Positions 8,452-17,784 of a stretch of 64,000 nucleotides of DNA are shown here, in pieces (the first letter of the stretch is position 1; each line of letters opens with the position of its first letter). The stretch is from the IMG/VR virus record IMGVR_UViG_3300017917_002479; one strand, written 5' to 3'. The notes below the pieces were generated by a model. That model searched no databases, had not been told where the DNA came from, and saw nothing but the letters and a program-made list of their open reading frames with translations. The translations under genes and the position numbers were made by a program. Source of the stretch: an uncultured virus (IMG/VR IMGVR_UViG_3300017917_002479) (taxonomy: Duplodnaviria > Heunggongvirae > Uroviricota > Caudoviricetes).

Positions 8452-11400
8452 ATGACCACCACCCGTCCCTCTGGCGATCAGCTCCGCTTCCAGTCCGCCG
8501 CTACCGGCGAACACGTCCTCGACGCCTACCTTGAGGCGACCGAGAAGGGTGGCCGCACGCTCTCCGACATCTTGGATGACCTCTGGCGGGCCGACACTGG
8601 CGCGCTCCGCTCCGACCTCTGGTCGCTGCGCATCAACCCCTCGACCTTCGTCCTCGAACAGCGCACGGGCGACTACATCGACCCTAACGCTGGCTGGGTC
8701 AGCGTCGCCAACTCGTCCTTCTTCCGTCAGCGCGGCACGCACGCCGCCGCGACCGCCTACCTGCGCCTCGACCTCGTCCTTTACAACGACACGGTCTACA
8801 TCTGTAACACGCCGCACACCTCGTCTGGCGCGATCCCCGACGGCACCAAGTTCAATCCGCTGGTCAACCTCGCCGCCACGGGTGTCACCTCCTTCAATGG
8901 CCGCACCGGCACCGTCACCCTGATTTCCGGCGACATCACCGGCGTCTTGGGCTACACGCCGATCTCGCCCGCGAGCCTCTCCAGCACTGTCGCCAACTAC
9001 CTCCCGCTGGCTGGCGGCACGCTGACTGGCGGCCTCAGCGGCACGACCCTCAATCTCTCCGGCGCGGCCACCCTTCCCTCCGCCGACGTCTCGGCCACTG
9101 GCACTGACGCCGTCATCACGATCCGGCAGGGCACGGCTGGCGCTCAACTTCGCTCGCCCGGCCTCAACACCGCTGGCCTGCGCTTCGTCCACTCCAACGG
9201 CACGACCGAGTGGGGCCGCTTTGATGCCTCGGGCAACTTCGGCCTCAACACCACGAACCCGCAGAGCCGCTTCCACCTCAAGGGCGGCCTCCGCCTCGAA
9301 GACGCGACCGACACCACGACCCGTGACTGGACAATGTCCGTCACCACCGCTGGCCTGCTCCAGATCAGCGAGACCGTCGGAAACAACAACGTCTTCATCA
9401 ACGGCTCTGGCCAGCTCGGCCTCGGCACCACGCCGACCACCGACCTCACCATTGGCAACACCAACTCGGTCGACCGCACCGCCCAGCTCGGCTCGACCAA
9501 CTCGATGCGCCTGCGCTTCGCCACCTCCGGCGCATCCAACCTCGCGACCATCACTGCCACCGACGACATCAGCGCTGGCGCGCTGGCCTTCGCGACCGGC
9601 TTCCCGATCACCGAGCGCATGCGCATTCAGGCCAACGGCAATGTTGGCATCAACACCACGACGCCCGAGTCCAACCTCGACGTCGGCGGCAGCGCCATCA
9701 TCCGCACCGACGCCAATGGCTTCGCCCTTTTCGCGCCCAAAAACGGCACCTCCGTCTTCGGCGCAAACTACGACCGCTTTGAAATCCGCGTCGACACCGC
9801 CACCCAAGTCACCAACATCGGCAACACCAACAGCGGCACCGGCCAAGCCCGCGCGCTGGCCTTCCTCGCTGGCAATGCTGAGCGCGTCCGCATCAACACG
9901 TCGGGCGACGTCGGCATCGGCACGCCGACCCCCGCCTTCAAACTCGACGTCGTCGGCACCCTCCGCTCGATCGGCATTGCCCAGTTTGACAACGACGTCT
10001 TGCTGAACAAGGCAACCCTCAACACCCTCTACTTCGACACGGCCTTCGCCCTTGCCCGCAACGGCACCGGCGAGCGCCTGCGCATCACCTCGTCCGGTCT
10101 CGTCGGTATCGGCACGACCAACCCCGGCTCCTCGCTCGAAGTCAACGGCGGCATCCGCGCGCGCGGCGGCACGCCCGGTGCAAACGGCGTCAACAACAAC
10201 GGCTACGCCTTCGGCAGCCCCGGCGACACCGACAGCGGCATGTTCAGCAGCGCTGATGGCCAGCTTGAGTTCTACTCGAACAACGGCGAGGTCATGCGCC
10301 TCTCCAGTGGCAACGTCGGCATTGGCACCACCTCGCCCGGCGCGCGCCTCGACGTGGCTGGCGGCAACGTCCGCATCGCCAACAACCAGAACCTCCAGTT
10401 CCGCAACTTCGCTGGCACCGGCACGACCACCTTCACGCACCAGTCCGACGACAACTTCGTCACCTATAACGCCGCTGGCACGCCCATCTTGAGCTTCAGC
10501 GCTGGCGCGACGCCCTACGTCAGCTATGGTGCGAACGCCAACCTGCGCATCAACATGGACGCCGCTGCGCAGTCCATGGCCTTCGTCTCCTCCGGCGTCG
10601 AGCGAGCCACCCTCTTCTCGGACGGCACGTTCCGTTTCGCCTCTCAGCTCCAAGCCTCCGGCTCCATCACTAGCGGCTACGGCGTCTCGACCGGCGACGT
10701 GGCCCTCGAACTCGGCGGCCTGCGCACCGGCAGCGGCGCGACCTACATCGACCTCCACGCGACCAACGCGACCGACTTCGAGGCGCGCATCCTGCGCAAC
10801 GCGGGCGTCAACGGCCACTTCCAAATCTACAACACCGGCACCGGCAACCTCGAAATCTCGCAGATCGGCAACGCCCCGCTGATCTTTAAGACGCAGGACG
10901 TCGAGCGTGCCCGCATCGACGGCAACGGCAACCTCGGGATCGGCAGCACCAACCCGGTCAACAACGCTGGCTGGGGCGGCCTGACCATCAACGGCACGTC
11001 CGGCTCCATTGGCTCGTTCAGCGCCAACGGCGTCGAGACCTTCCGCATCCAAGTCAACGGCGGTCAGACCTACCTCAACAACATCGCTGCGACGCCGCTG
11101 ATCTTCCAGACCAACAACGCCGAGCGCATGCGCCTCGACGCTGCGGGCAACCTTGGTATCGGCACGTCGCCGTCTTCGACCCTCGACGTCAACGGCAATG
11201 TCGAAATCGTCGGCACCCTCTTCCTTGGCTCGTCGAACCACGGCAACCTCGCGTCCGACACCAACACCCTCTACCTGCGCGGCACCAACCTTGCCTTCCA
11301 AGACGCTGGCGGTTCCACCAACAAGCTCGTCCTCGACACCAACGGCGACGTCACCTCGCCCGCCCGCGCCGCCGCCGTCGGCTACAAGGGCGTCCCGCAG

Positions 11401-11700
11401 AACCCGCAGTCCGGCACCTACACCACCATCTTGGCCGACATGGGCAAGCACCTCTACAACTCGGGCGGCGCGGCCACGTGGACTATCGCGGCCAACGCCT
11501 CGGTCGCCTACCCCATCGGTGCGACCCTGACCTTCGTCAACGATGGCTCGGGCAACATGACCATCGCCATCAACTCCGACACCCTTATCTGGTCGCCTTT
11601 CGGCACGACCGGCTCGCGCACGCTGGCTCCCAACGGCATCGCGACCGCCGTCAAGATCACGGCGACGCGCTGGTTCATCTCCGGCTCGGGTCTCTCCTGA
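8452..11700 (+). CDS. Long tail fibre / receptor-binding protein
   Basis: 1082 aa; many ERMRI..GNVGIGTT.P...LDV.G repeats, YLPLAGGTLTG motif, VTSFNGRTG motif. Confidence 0.85.
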   Translation: MTTTRPSGDQLRFQSAATGEHVLDAYLEATEKGGRTLSDILDDLWRADTGALRSDLWSLRINPSTFVLEQRTGDYIDPNAGWVSVANSSFFRQRGTHAAATAYLRLDLVLYNDTVYICNTPHTSSGAIPDGTKFNPLVNLAATGVTSFNGRTGTVTLISGDITGVLGYTPISPASLSSTVANYLPLAGGTLTGGLSGTTLNLSGAATLPSADVSATGTDAVITIRQGTAGAQLRSPGLNTAGLRFVHSNGTTEWGRFDASGNFGLNTTNPQSRFHLKGGLRLEDATDTTTRDWTMSVTTAGLLQISETVGNNNVFINGSGQLGLGTTPTTDLTIGNTNSVDRTAQLGSTNSMRLRFATSGASNLATITATDDISAGALAFATGFPITERMRIQANGNVGINTTTPESNLDVGGSAIIRTDANGFALFAPKNGTSVFGANYDRFEIRVDTATQVTNIGNTNSGTGQARALAFLAGNAERVRINTSGDVGIGTPTPAFKLDVVGTLRSIGIAQFDNDVLLNKATLNTLYFDTAFALARNGTGERLRITSSGLVGIGTTNPGSSLEVNGGIRARGGTPGANGVNNNGYAFGSPGDTDSGMFSSADGQLEFYSNNGEVMRLSSGNVGIGTTSPGARLDVAGGNVRIANNQNLQFRNFAGTGTTTFTHQSDDNFVTYNAAGTPILSFSAGATPYVSYGANANLRINMDAAAQSMAFVSSGVERATLFSDGTFRFASQLQASGSITSGYGVSTGDVALELGGLRTGSGATYIDLHATNATDFEARILRNAGVNGHFQIYNTGTGNLEISQIGNAPLIFKTQDVERARIDGNGNLGIGSTNPVNNAGWGGLTINGTSGSIGSFSANGVETFRIQVNGGQTYLNNIAATPLIFQTNNAERMRLDAAGNLGIGTSPSSTLDVNGNVEIVGTLFLGSSNHGNLASDTNTLYLRGTNLAFQDAGGSTNKLVLDTNGDVTSPARAAAVGYKGVPQNPQSGTYTTILADMGKHLYNSGGAATWTIAANASVAYPIGATLTFVNDGSGNMTIAINSDTLIWSPFGTTGSRTLAPNGIATAVKITATRWFISGSGLS

Positions 11701-12101
11701 TGAGCGGCGTCCTCCCGATCCTGCTTGGCACGGCCAGCGACCGCCTCGCGCTGTCAAACCAGACGCTCTTCACCGCGTCTGGCGGCCTCAACCCGACGAC
11801 CACCACCTACGAAATCCGCACCACCGGCAAAGCCTTCGATGGCCTCGGGAACCTCCTCGAAGACGTAGTCCTGCCCTCGTCTTCAACCGCCAACTACGAG
11901 GTCCGCGCGACCTTCGTGTCCGGCACCGTCCCGTCCGGCACCTTTGGATCGTGGCTCCGACTTAATGCGCTGCGCCAATGGTCCCTCACGGCCACCGCCG
12001 GAACAAACCGCACCTGCACCTTCACCATCGAAATCCGGCCAGTCGGCGGCTCGACCACCATTGACTCCGCCACCATCGAACTCACCGCCGACGCCACATA
12101 G
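11700..12101 (+). CDS. Small beta-rich fibre-associated protein (tip/adhesin)
   Basis: Translationally coupled to the fibre; Thr/Gly-rich beta composition. Confidence 0.55.
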   Translation: MSGVLPILLGTASDRLALSNQTLFTASGGLNPTTTTYEIRTTGKAFDGLGNLLEDVVLPSSSTANYEVRATFVSGTVPSGTFGSWLRLNALRQWSLTATAGTNRTCTFTIEIRPVGGSTTIDSATIELTADAT

Positions 12102-12109
12102 GAGCCACC

Positions 12110-12397
12110 ATGAAGCTCGCCGACCTCACCCACTCCGTCGTCACCCTGATCGCCCTCGCCCTTGGCTACGTGATCGACGGCTCTGCCATCCTTGCCCTGC
12201 TCATGGCCTACTACTTCATTGGCCGCGAACTTGCCCAAGCCGAATATCGCTGGATCGAAACCTTCGGTCTGGGCCGCCGCGCAAACATGCCGTGGTGGGG
12301 CTGCTTCGACAAACGCGTGTGGAACCTCCCCTCCCTCATAGACGTGGTTCCGCCCGTCCTGATCGCACTCGTTGCCATCGCCTTTTTGGGTCTCTGA
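12110..12397 (+). CDS. Small membrane protein
   Basis: Two to three hydrophobic segments; AGGAG RBS. Confidence 0.65.
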   Translation: MKLADLTHSVVTLIALALGYVIDGSAILALLMAYYFIGRELAQAEYRWIETFGLGRRANMPWWGCFDKRVWNLPSLIDVVPPVLIALVAIAFLGL

Positions 12398-12430
12398 CGG
12401 ACGACAGTCGAACTCGCGAGACGCTACCCA

Positions 12431-12697
12431 GTGACAAGACGCAAGCCACCGCAGGACGCCATGCACACTGAAGCCGACCTTTACCGCACCATCGGCCAAT
12501 TGGAGCAAGAGGTGAAGACCCTCACTACGACCATGACCGAACTCAAGACGGGCCTCGCCGACGTCCAAAAGACGTTGAGTGAAGCACGCGGCGGGTGGCG
12601 GACCCTGCTCTTGGTGGGCGGTGCATTCAGCGCCATCGGCGCGATCATCGGCAAGTTCTCCGCCAGCCTCACCGCCTTTTTCTCGACGCCCCAGTAA
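12431..12697 (+). CDS. Coiled-coil plus C-terminal TM protein (holin/XhlA-like candidate)
   Basis: N-terminal coiled coil, then RGGWRTLLLVGGAFSAIGAIIG. Confidence 0.5.
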   Translation: MTRRKPPQDAMHTEADLYRTIGQLEQEVKTLTTTMTELKTGLADVQKTLSEARGGWRTLLLVGGAFSAIGAIIGKFSASLTAFFSTPQ

Positions 12698-12702
12698 ACC
12701 TC

Positions 12703-12996
12703 ATGACCAGCCTCACCCAACTCAAAGCCAACCAACGCGAACTCAAGAAACTGTTTGCCTCGCGTGGGTGGGCAATCCTCTCCGAAACGATGCAGACCGA
12801 AATCCTCCAAGCCGCACTGGCCATCGCCAATTCGGCCAACATGTCCCTCGATGAAATCAACTTTCGGCGCGGCGCAATCTGGGCCGCCAACCAACTTCTC
12901 AACCTGCCCGATGCGCTGATCCAGCGTCTTGAGGGCAGCATCGCAATTGAAGAAGCAACACTCCCCGCCACGGCCGGGAACAAGGAGACTGAATAA
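12703..12996 (+). CDS. Small head-assembly-associated protein
   Basis: 97 aa (SRGWAIL...FRRGAI) just upstream of the scaffold, a usual podovirus position. Confidence 0.55.
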   Translation: MTSLTQLKANQRELKKLFASRGWAILSETMQTEILQAALAIANSANMSLDEINFRRGAIWAANQLLNLPDALIQRLEGSIAIEEATLPATAGNKETE

Positions 12997-14033
12997 TGGC
13001 TATCGACCCCGCCCAAATGATTGACGCCATCGCTTCCAAGCAGATGGGTGTTGATCCCGCCGCCGCTGCTGCCGCCCCGGCTGCCCCGGCTGCTCCCGCA
13101 GCCCCCGCCGTTCAGCCGCAGGTTCCCGAAAAGGACACCTCGACCGACAAGGCCATGGCCAGCGCGGCTCCCGCCGACGAGTCCGGCAAGATGGCGGCTG
13201 ACCCCATCATCTACGAAGTGGACATGGGCGACGGCAAGAAGCGCAAGATGACCCCCGAGCAGATCAAGGGGATGAGCGAGCGCTACTCCAGCCTCAACTA
13301 CAAGCATGCTCAAATGAAGCCCGTCTTGGACATCGTTGAGGCCATGCTCCAGAACAACCCGGACGCTAAGCCGGAACACGTCGCAGCCTTCATGATGAAC
13401 GCCATGAAGGCTGGCCAGAAGAACCCGACGATGGGTGATCCCAACGCCGACGCTGGCCGCGCCAACCAGACGCAGGACGCCGACGTCGACCCGTTCTCGA
13501 AGTGGGAGCAGGAGAACGCCGCCACTCTGCCGCCGGGCTACCGCGAGATGATGCAGGGCAACCAGTCCGTCACGCAGCAGCTCCAGCAGATGCAGCAGAT
13601 GCTCGCCCAAGTCCTCGCGACGGGCGCGGGCGTCGCGGACGCCGCCCGCGCTGGTCAGCAGGACGCGCGCCAAACTCAGATCGCCTCCATCCAGCGCAAC
13701 ATCGCCAACAACGTCGACCGTGCCCAGCAGCAGCTTGGCCTGCCCGACTCCGAAGCCGAGAACTTCATGATGTTCGCTGCCGAGCGCGGCTACACTCTCG
13801 AAGACTTCGTCGACCCCAATCTCACGATCACGGTCATGAAGGACTTCAAGAACAACATGAACTCGCCTGAGTTCGAGCGTCTTGCCGCCATCAACCAGCG
13901 CCGTCAGGCTTGGACCGGCGGCAGCCTCGTCTCCACTCCGGCTGCGCCGTCGGGCGAAGCTCCGGGCGAAGGCACGGGCAACCCGATGTTCGATCAGTTT
14001 GCCAAGAACGTGGTCCAGAAGCGTCTCGGCTAG
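12996..14033 (+). CDS. Capsid scaffolding protein
   Basis: Ala/Pro/Gln-rich, helical, immediately upstream of the capsid gene. Confidence 0.75.
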   Translation: MAIDPAQMIDAIASKQMGVDPAAAAAAPAAPAAPAAPAVQPQVPEKDTSTDKAMASAAPADESGKMAADPIIYEVDMGDGKKRKMTPEQIKGMSERYSSLNYKHAQMKPVLDIVEAMLQNNPDAKPEHVAAFMMNAMKAGQKNPTMGDPNADAGRANQTQDADVDPFSKWEQENAATLPPGYREMMQGNQSVTQQLQQMQQMLAQVLATGAGVADAARAGQQDARQTQIASIQRNIANNVDRAQQQLGLPDSEAENFMMFAAERGYTLEDFVDPNLTITVMKDFKNNMNSPEFERLAAINQRRQAWTGGSLVSTPAAPSGEAPGEGTGNPMFDQFAKNVVQKRLG

Positions 14034-14246
14034 GATCAAAAACCAATCAAAAAAAATTAGCGGGAGGGGACGATCACCCCTCCCGTCTTCATTTATAGAT
14101 CCGTCTTGGAAGACGACGTCGGGCCGCGAAAGCCGCTACGAAAGTCCCTTCAAGTGTCGATGCAGGGATGAGCATTCCCCTGCGATGCGAGCCAAAACCC
14201 TCAGTTTTCGCAGCGCCATAGGTGCGCCCACGCTTGGAGAATACCC

Positions 14247-15446
14247 ATGTCTATCGCAGTCCAAGGCCTTCGTGGCACCGGCCAGTTCGGGACCGACTTC
14301 CGTCCCAAGAACTACCGCGAACTTTTCACCCTGCTCGAACCGAACGGCAACGCGCCGCTGAACGCGCTGCTGGCCATGACGTCGAGCGAGTCGACCGACG
14401 ACCCCGAATACAAGAACTTCCGCGACGAACTTCCCGACCGGAAGCTGATTGTCTCGGGCGCTGTTGCTGGCACCCCGGCCTCGGGCACCGCCGCCAACAT
14501 CACCCTGACTGCCTCGAATATGAACGTCTATGCCGTGGCTGGCGCGCTCGTCGCCAACCTGCGCACCGGCGAAGTGTTCCGCGTGACCGCTGATACGACC
14601 GGCACCACGCTGGCCGTCACTCGCGCCGTGGGTCAGGCCAACGGTGTGGCGATCAACGACGCCGACGAACTCTACGTCATTGGCTTCGCCGCGACGGAAG
14701 GCTCGAACGTGCCGACTGCTGTCACCTTCGACTCGGAAGTTGCCAGCAACTACACGCAGATTTTCAAGACCACGTTCACGGTGACTGGCACCCAGAACGA
14801 GACCTATCTGCGCACCGGCAACAAGCTGGAAGAAGCCATGACCAAGGCGCTCAAGCTGCACATGCAGGACATCGAGCGCGCCATGTTCTTCGGCAAGAAG
14901 TCGGAAACCAACGGTTCGACCGCGCAGCCGCTCCGCACCACGGGCGGTCTCATCAACGAGCTGACCAACGTCATCGACGTTTCCAGCGGCACCCAGACCG
15001 CCGCTGCCAACATCATGACGGAAGCCGAGTTCGACGCGTTCCTCATCAGCAACGTGTTCGCCTACGGCTCGTCGCAGAAGATTGCCTTCTGCGGTGCCAC
15101 GGTCGCGGCCAACCTCCAGCGCATCGCCAAGTCGCGCTGGACTCCTGAAACCGTCGAGGGCGCTTACGGCGTCAACCTGACCAACTACAAGACCTTCGCT
15201 GGCGACCTGATGATCCACCTGCACCCGCAGTTCCGTCAGATCACCGCGATGGATCGTGCGATGGTCATCATCGACTTCCCGTATCTCAAGTATCGCTACA
15301 TGGAGAACCGGGACACCAAGCTTCTGGAGAACATCCAGAACCCCGGCGAAGACGTCATCAAGCACGCCTACCAGACGGAGTGCGGCCTCGAACTGACTCA
15401 GGGCAAGGTCCACACCTACATCAAGGGCTGGCAGAAGATCGCCTAA
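14247..15446 (+). CDS. Major capsid protein (SU10/DUF5309-like)
   Basis: NYTQIFK...VTGT and DIERAMFFG...TGGL motifs; strong RBS; biased codon usage; terminator follows. Confidence 0.9.
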   Translation: MSIAVQGLRGTGQFGTDFRPKNYRELFTLLEPNGNAPLNALLAMTSSESTDDPEYKNFRDELPDRKLIVSGAVAGTPASGTAANITLTASNMNVYAVAGALVANLRTGEVFRVTADTTGTTLAVTRAVGQANGVAINDADELYVIGFAATEGSNVPTAVTFDSEVASNYTQIFKTTFTVTGTQNETYLRTGNKLEEAMTKALKLHMQDIERAMFFGKKSETNGSTAQPLRTTGGLINELTNVIDVSSGTQTAAANIMTEAEFDAFLISNVFAYGSSQKIAFCGATVAANLQRIAKSRWTPETVEGAYGVNLTNYKTFAGDLMIHLHPQFRQITAMDRAMVIIDFPYLKYRYMENRDTKLLENIQNPGEDVIKHAYQTECGLELTQGKVHTYIKGWQKIA

Positions 15447-15486
15447 CCGGCGGGGACGACCAATCCCTTCAAACTGGTCAATGTCT

Positions 15487-15514
15487 GGGCCGGGGGTCAC
15501 TCCCCGGCCCTTTC
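15487..15514 (+). terminator. Terminator after the capsid gene
   Basis: GGGCCGGGG...CCCCGGCCC-TTTC. Confidence 0.7.
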
Positions 15515-15528
15515 ATTTGGAGCATCTC

Positions 15529-15810
15529 ATGTCCGAAGCCGAAACTCCCGAAGACGATTTCCCGTCGGTCGCCAAGAAGCCGAAGGCCACCAGCAAGCCC
15601 AAGGACGCATCCCCGAGCGCACCGAGTGAAGACGACTACGTGATCTTCGTGTCGGTCGAAAAGGAACCCGTCAGCTTCAACTTCGGCGCTCTGCCCTCGA
15701 TGCGCTGGCAGGGTGAGCGTCTTGCTTGGCGTGTCCCGGCTGCCGACGCCCACAAGTATGACCGCCATCACTGGGTCGAGATCGGCCGCGTCAAGCGCCT
15801 CGACGACTAA
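15529..15810 (+). CDS. Hypothetical protein
   Basis: GGAG RBS; 93 aa. Confidence 0.6.
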   Translation: MSEAETPEDDFPSVAKKPKATSKPKDASPSAPSEDDYVIFVSVEKEPVSFNFGALPSMRWQGERLAWRVPAADAHKYDRHHWVEIGRVKRLDD

Positions 15811-15827
15811 TCCGAAGGAGCGGCGCA

Positions 15828-16268
15828 ATGCCCAATAGCGTGCTGAACCCGCAGATCAGCGAACCCACGTCCGACCTGCAAACGCTCGCGATGCAGGCAT
15901 TGCGCCGCTACGGCGATTTCGCCGCCTCGTCCGTCGACGGCGAGGTTCTTCTCATGTTCCTTGAGTTCGCCAACCTCATCATCGACGAGGTCCGCGCGCA
16001 CCCCTACTACGTCGAGGCCTACGAGAATGGCCTGATCGGACCGCTGCCCTACTACACCTCGCAGACCGACAAGCGCCCGCTCCCCGACCAGATCATCATT
16101 GCTGGCCTGCTCTACCACTACGCGCTTCAGCAGGGCAGCAACAAGGTCCAAGCCTACATCGGTAACTTCGCCCGCACGATGAACCAGCAGCTCTGGGGCA
16201 TCCTCCACGGCCATGGCAAGATCGAGATGTCCGTCGTGGATGACGGTAGTCGGGGTGGCCGGTCATGA
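15828..16268 (+). CDS. Head-tail adaptor (tail tubular A-like)
   Basis: Position after capsid and before nozzle; helical 146 aa. Confidence 0.6.
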   Translation: MPNSVLNPQISEPTSDLQTLAMQALRRYGDFAASSVDGEVLLMFLEFANLIIDEVRAHPYYVEAYENGLIGPLPYYTSQTDKRPLPDQIIIAGLLYHYALQQGSNKVQAYIGNFARTMNQQLWGILHGHGKIEMSVVDDGSRGGRS

Positions 16269-17782
16269 GTTCGACGCGCTCGCCCAAGGGCTTCCCCGAG
16301 AAACCCTCCGCTTACGAAGGCTTCATGGGCCTCGATGACAGCCGCGATGCGACCGCCATGGAGACTGGTCGCGAGCAGCACCTCATCACGCTCGACAATG
16401 GCTACGCTGACTGGCGCGGCCAGATCGTAAATGACCCGCCGATCCTCAAGCGCGCGGGTGACTTCCCCGTCAGCCACGCCCGCTGGGTCGCACCAACCCT
16501 CCTTTCGTGGGCAGAAGTCCGGGGTGACGGCACCCACTTCAACTCTGACGCCGGGCACACCGCCGATCCGGGTTGGCCCCAGACGGCCAACCCCAGCTCC
16601 GTCGTCTTCAACCGCAAGGCGCTCTACCTTGCGCAAGGCCTCCAGCCTTGGCTCTACGATGGCACGCTCTGGGAGCCGTCGGTCAGCAAGTCGCTTACCC
16701 TCTATCGCCCGGCCTTCGCTGTCGCCGTCCAGCGCCGCCTCTGCGTGGCTGGCATGGTCGGTCGCGGCACCATCGTCGACATCTCGCGCGTCGACAACCA
16801 AGACATCTTTTCCGACGAAGAACCGGACGACTCCGAGAACGTCCTGCGCGCGGGCTACATCGACGTTGGCAACCTCCTCGGCACCGCCGACGAGATCACT
16901 GGCCTCGGCACTTTCGAGCAAAACCGTCTTGCGATCTTCACCCAAGACCGCTGCCTCATCTACAAGATCGACCCCGACATCAACGAGTGGCAGATCGAGG
17001 ACCGCGCCAACATCCAGATCGGCTGCGTCTCGCACAACTCCATCGTTCAGGCGGGCACGGACATCCTGTTCTGCTCCCGCTCGGGCGTCCACTCGATCCG
17101 CCGCTCGGTCGATAACGGGATCACCGTCTTCTCCCAACCGATGTCGACGAAGGTCGAGCGCCTCTACAACAGCCTCATCTCCAACGTCACCGACCCACAG
17201 CGCATCACCGCCGTCTGGGACCGCGACAACAACCAGTATCGCATCATCTTCCCGCTGCGCACTGGCGAGGTCCGCACCCTCGTCATGACCCTGACCACGG
17301 ACGAAGAGACTATGGCCGCTGGCCGCCAAGGCTCGACCCCCAAGTGGTCGACCGCCTCGGGCTTCAACGTCACCACCGCTGCCACGCTGGGCGGTCTCAT
17401 GGCCCTCGGAACCAAGGGCGGCACCTATGACGTCCTCAAGCAGGACGCCACGAACGGCCTCAATCCCGAGATCACCTTCACCACCCCGATCTTCTGGCAC
17501 GGCCAGATGGACGGGACGAAGGAGTCGACTGCGCTCATCATCCAAGCGAGCGGCAAGGGCAACATGATCGTCAACGCCTTCGATGATGAAGGCCGCGACC
17601 TCGGCTCCTTCAACCTCGAAATCGAGGAGACGGACGACGACAACCAGTTCCCCGACGTAGCGTTGCGCCGTCAATATCAGGTCAAGTTCGAGCGCCGCTA
17701 CCGGGGACTCCAGCTTCGCTTTCAGGTGAAGTCCAAGGGCCTCTTCCGCCTCTCGGGCTTCGCCGTCGTCTTGAGGAAGTAA
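16265..17782 (+). CDS. Tail nozzle / packaged-DNA stabilisation protein (P22 gp10-like)
   Basis: 505 aa with beta-propeller character; IGCVSHNSIV..G..ILF.SRSGV motif. Confidence 0.75.
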   Translation: MSSTRSPKGFPEKPSAYEGFMGLDDSRDATAMETGREQHLITLDNGYADWRGQIVNDPPILKRAGDFPVSHARWVAPTLLSWAEVRGDGTHFNSDAGHTADPGWPQTANPSSVVFNRKALYLAQGLQPWLYDGTLWEPSVSKSLTLYRPAFAVAVQRRLCVAGMVGRGTIVDISRVDNQDIFSDEEPDDSENVLRAGYIDVGNLLGTADEITGLGTFEQNRLAIFTQDRCLIYKIDPDINEWQIEDRANIQIGCVSHNSIVQAGTDILFCSRSGVHSIRRSVDNGITVFSQPMSTKVERLYNSLISNVTDPQRITAVWDRDNNQYRIIFPLRTGEVRTLVMTLTTDEETMAAGRQGSTPKWSTASGFNVTTAATLGGLMALGTKGGTYDVLKQDATNGLNPEITFTTPIFWHGQMDGTKESTALIIQASGKGNMIVNAFDDEGRDLGSFNLEIEETDDDNQFPDVALRRQYQVKFERRYRGLQLRFQVKSKGLFRLSGFAVVLRK

Positions 17783-17784
17783 GA

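Noticed and set aside
8452..12101. Diversity-generating retroelement or invertible fibre cassette
   Set aside because: No reverse transcriptase, no template/variable repeat pair and no flanking inverted repeats recognised.
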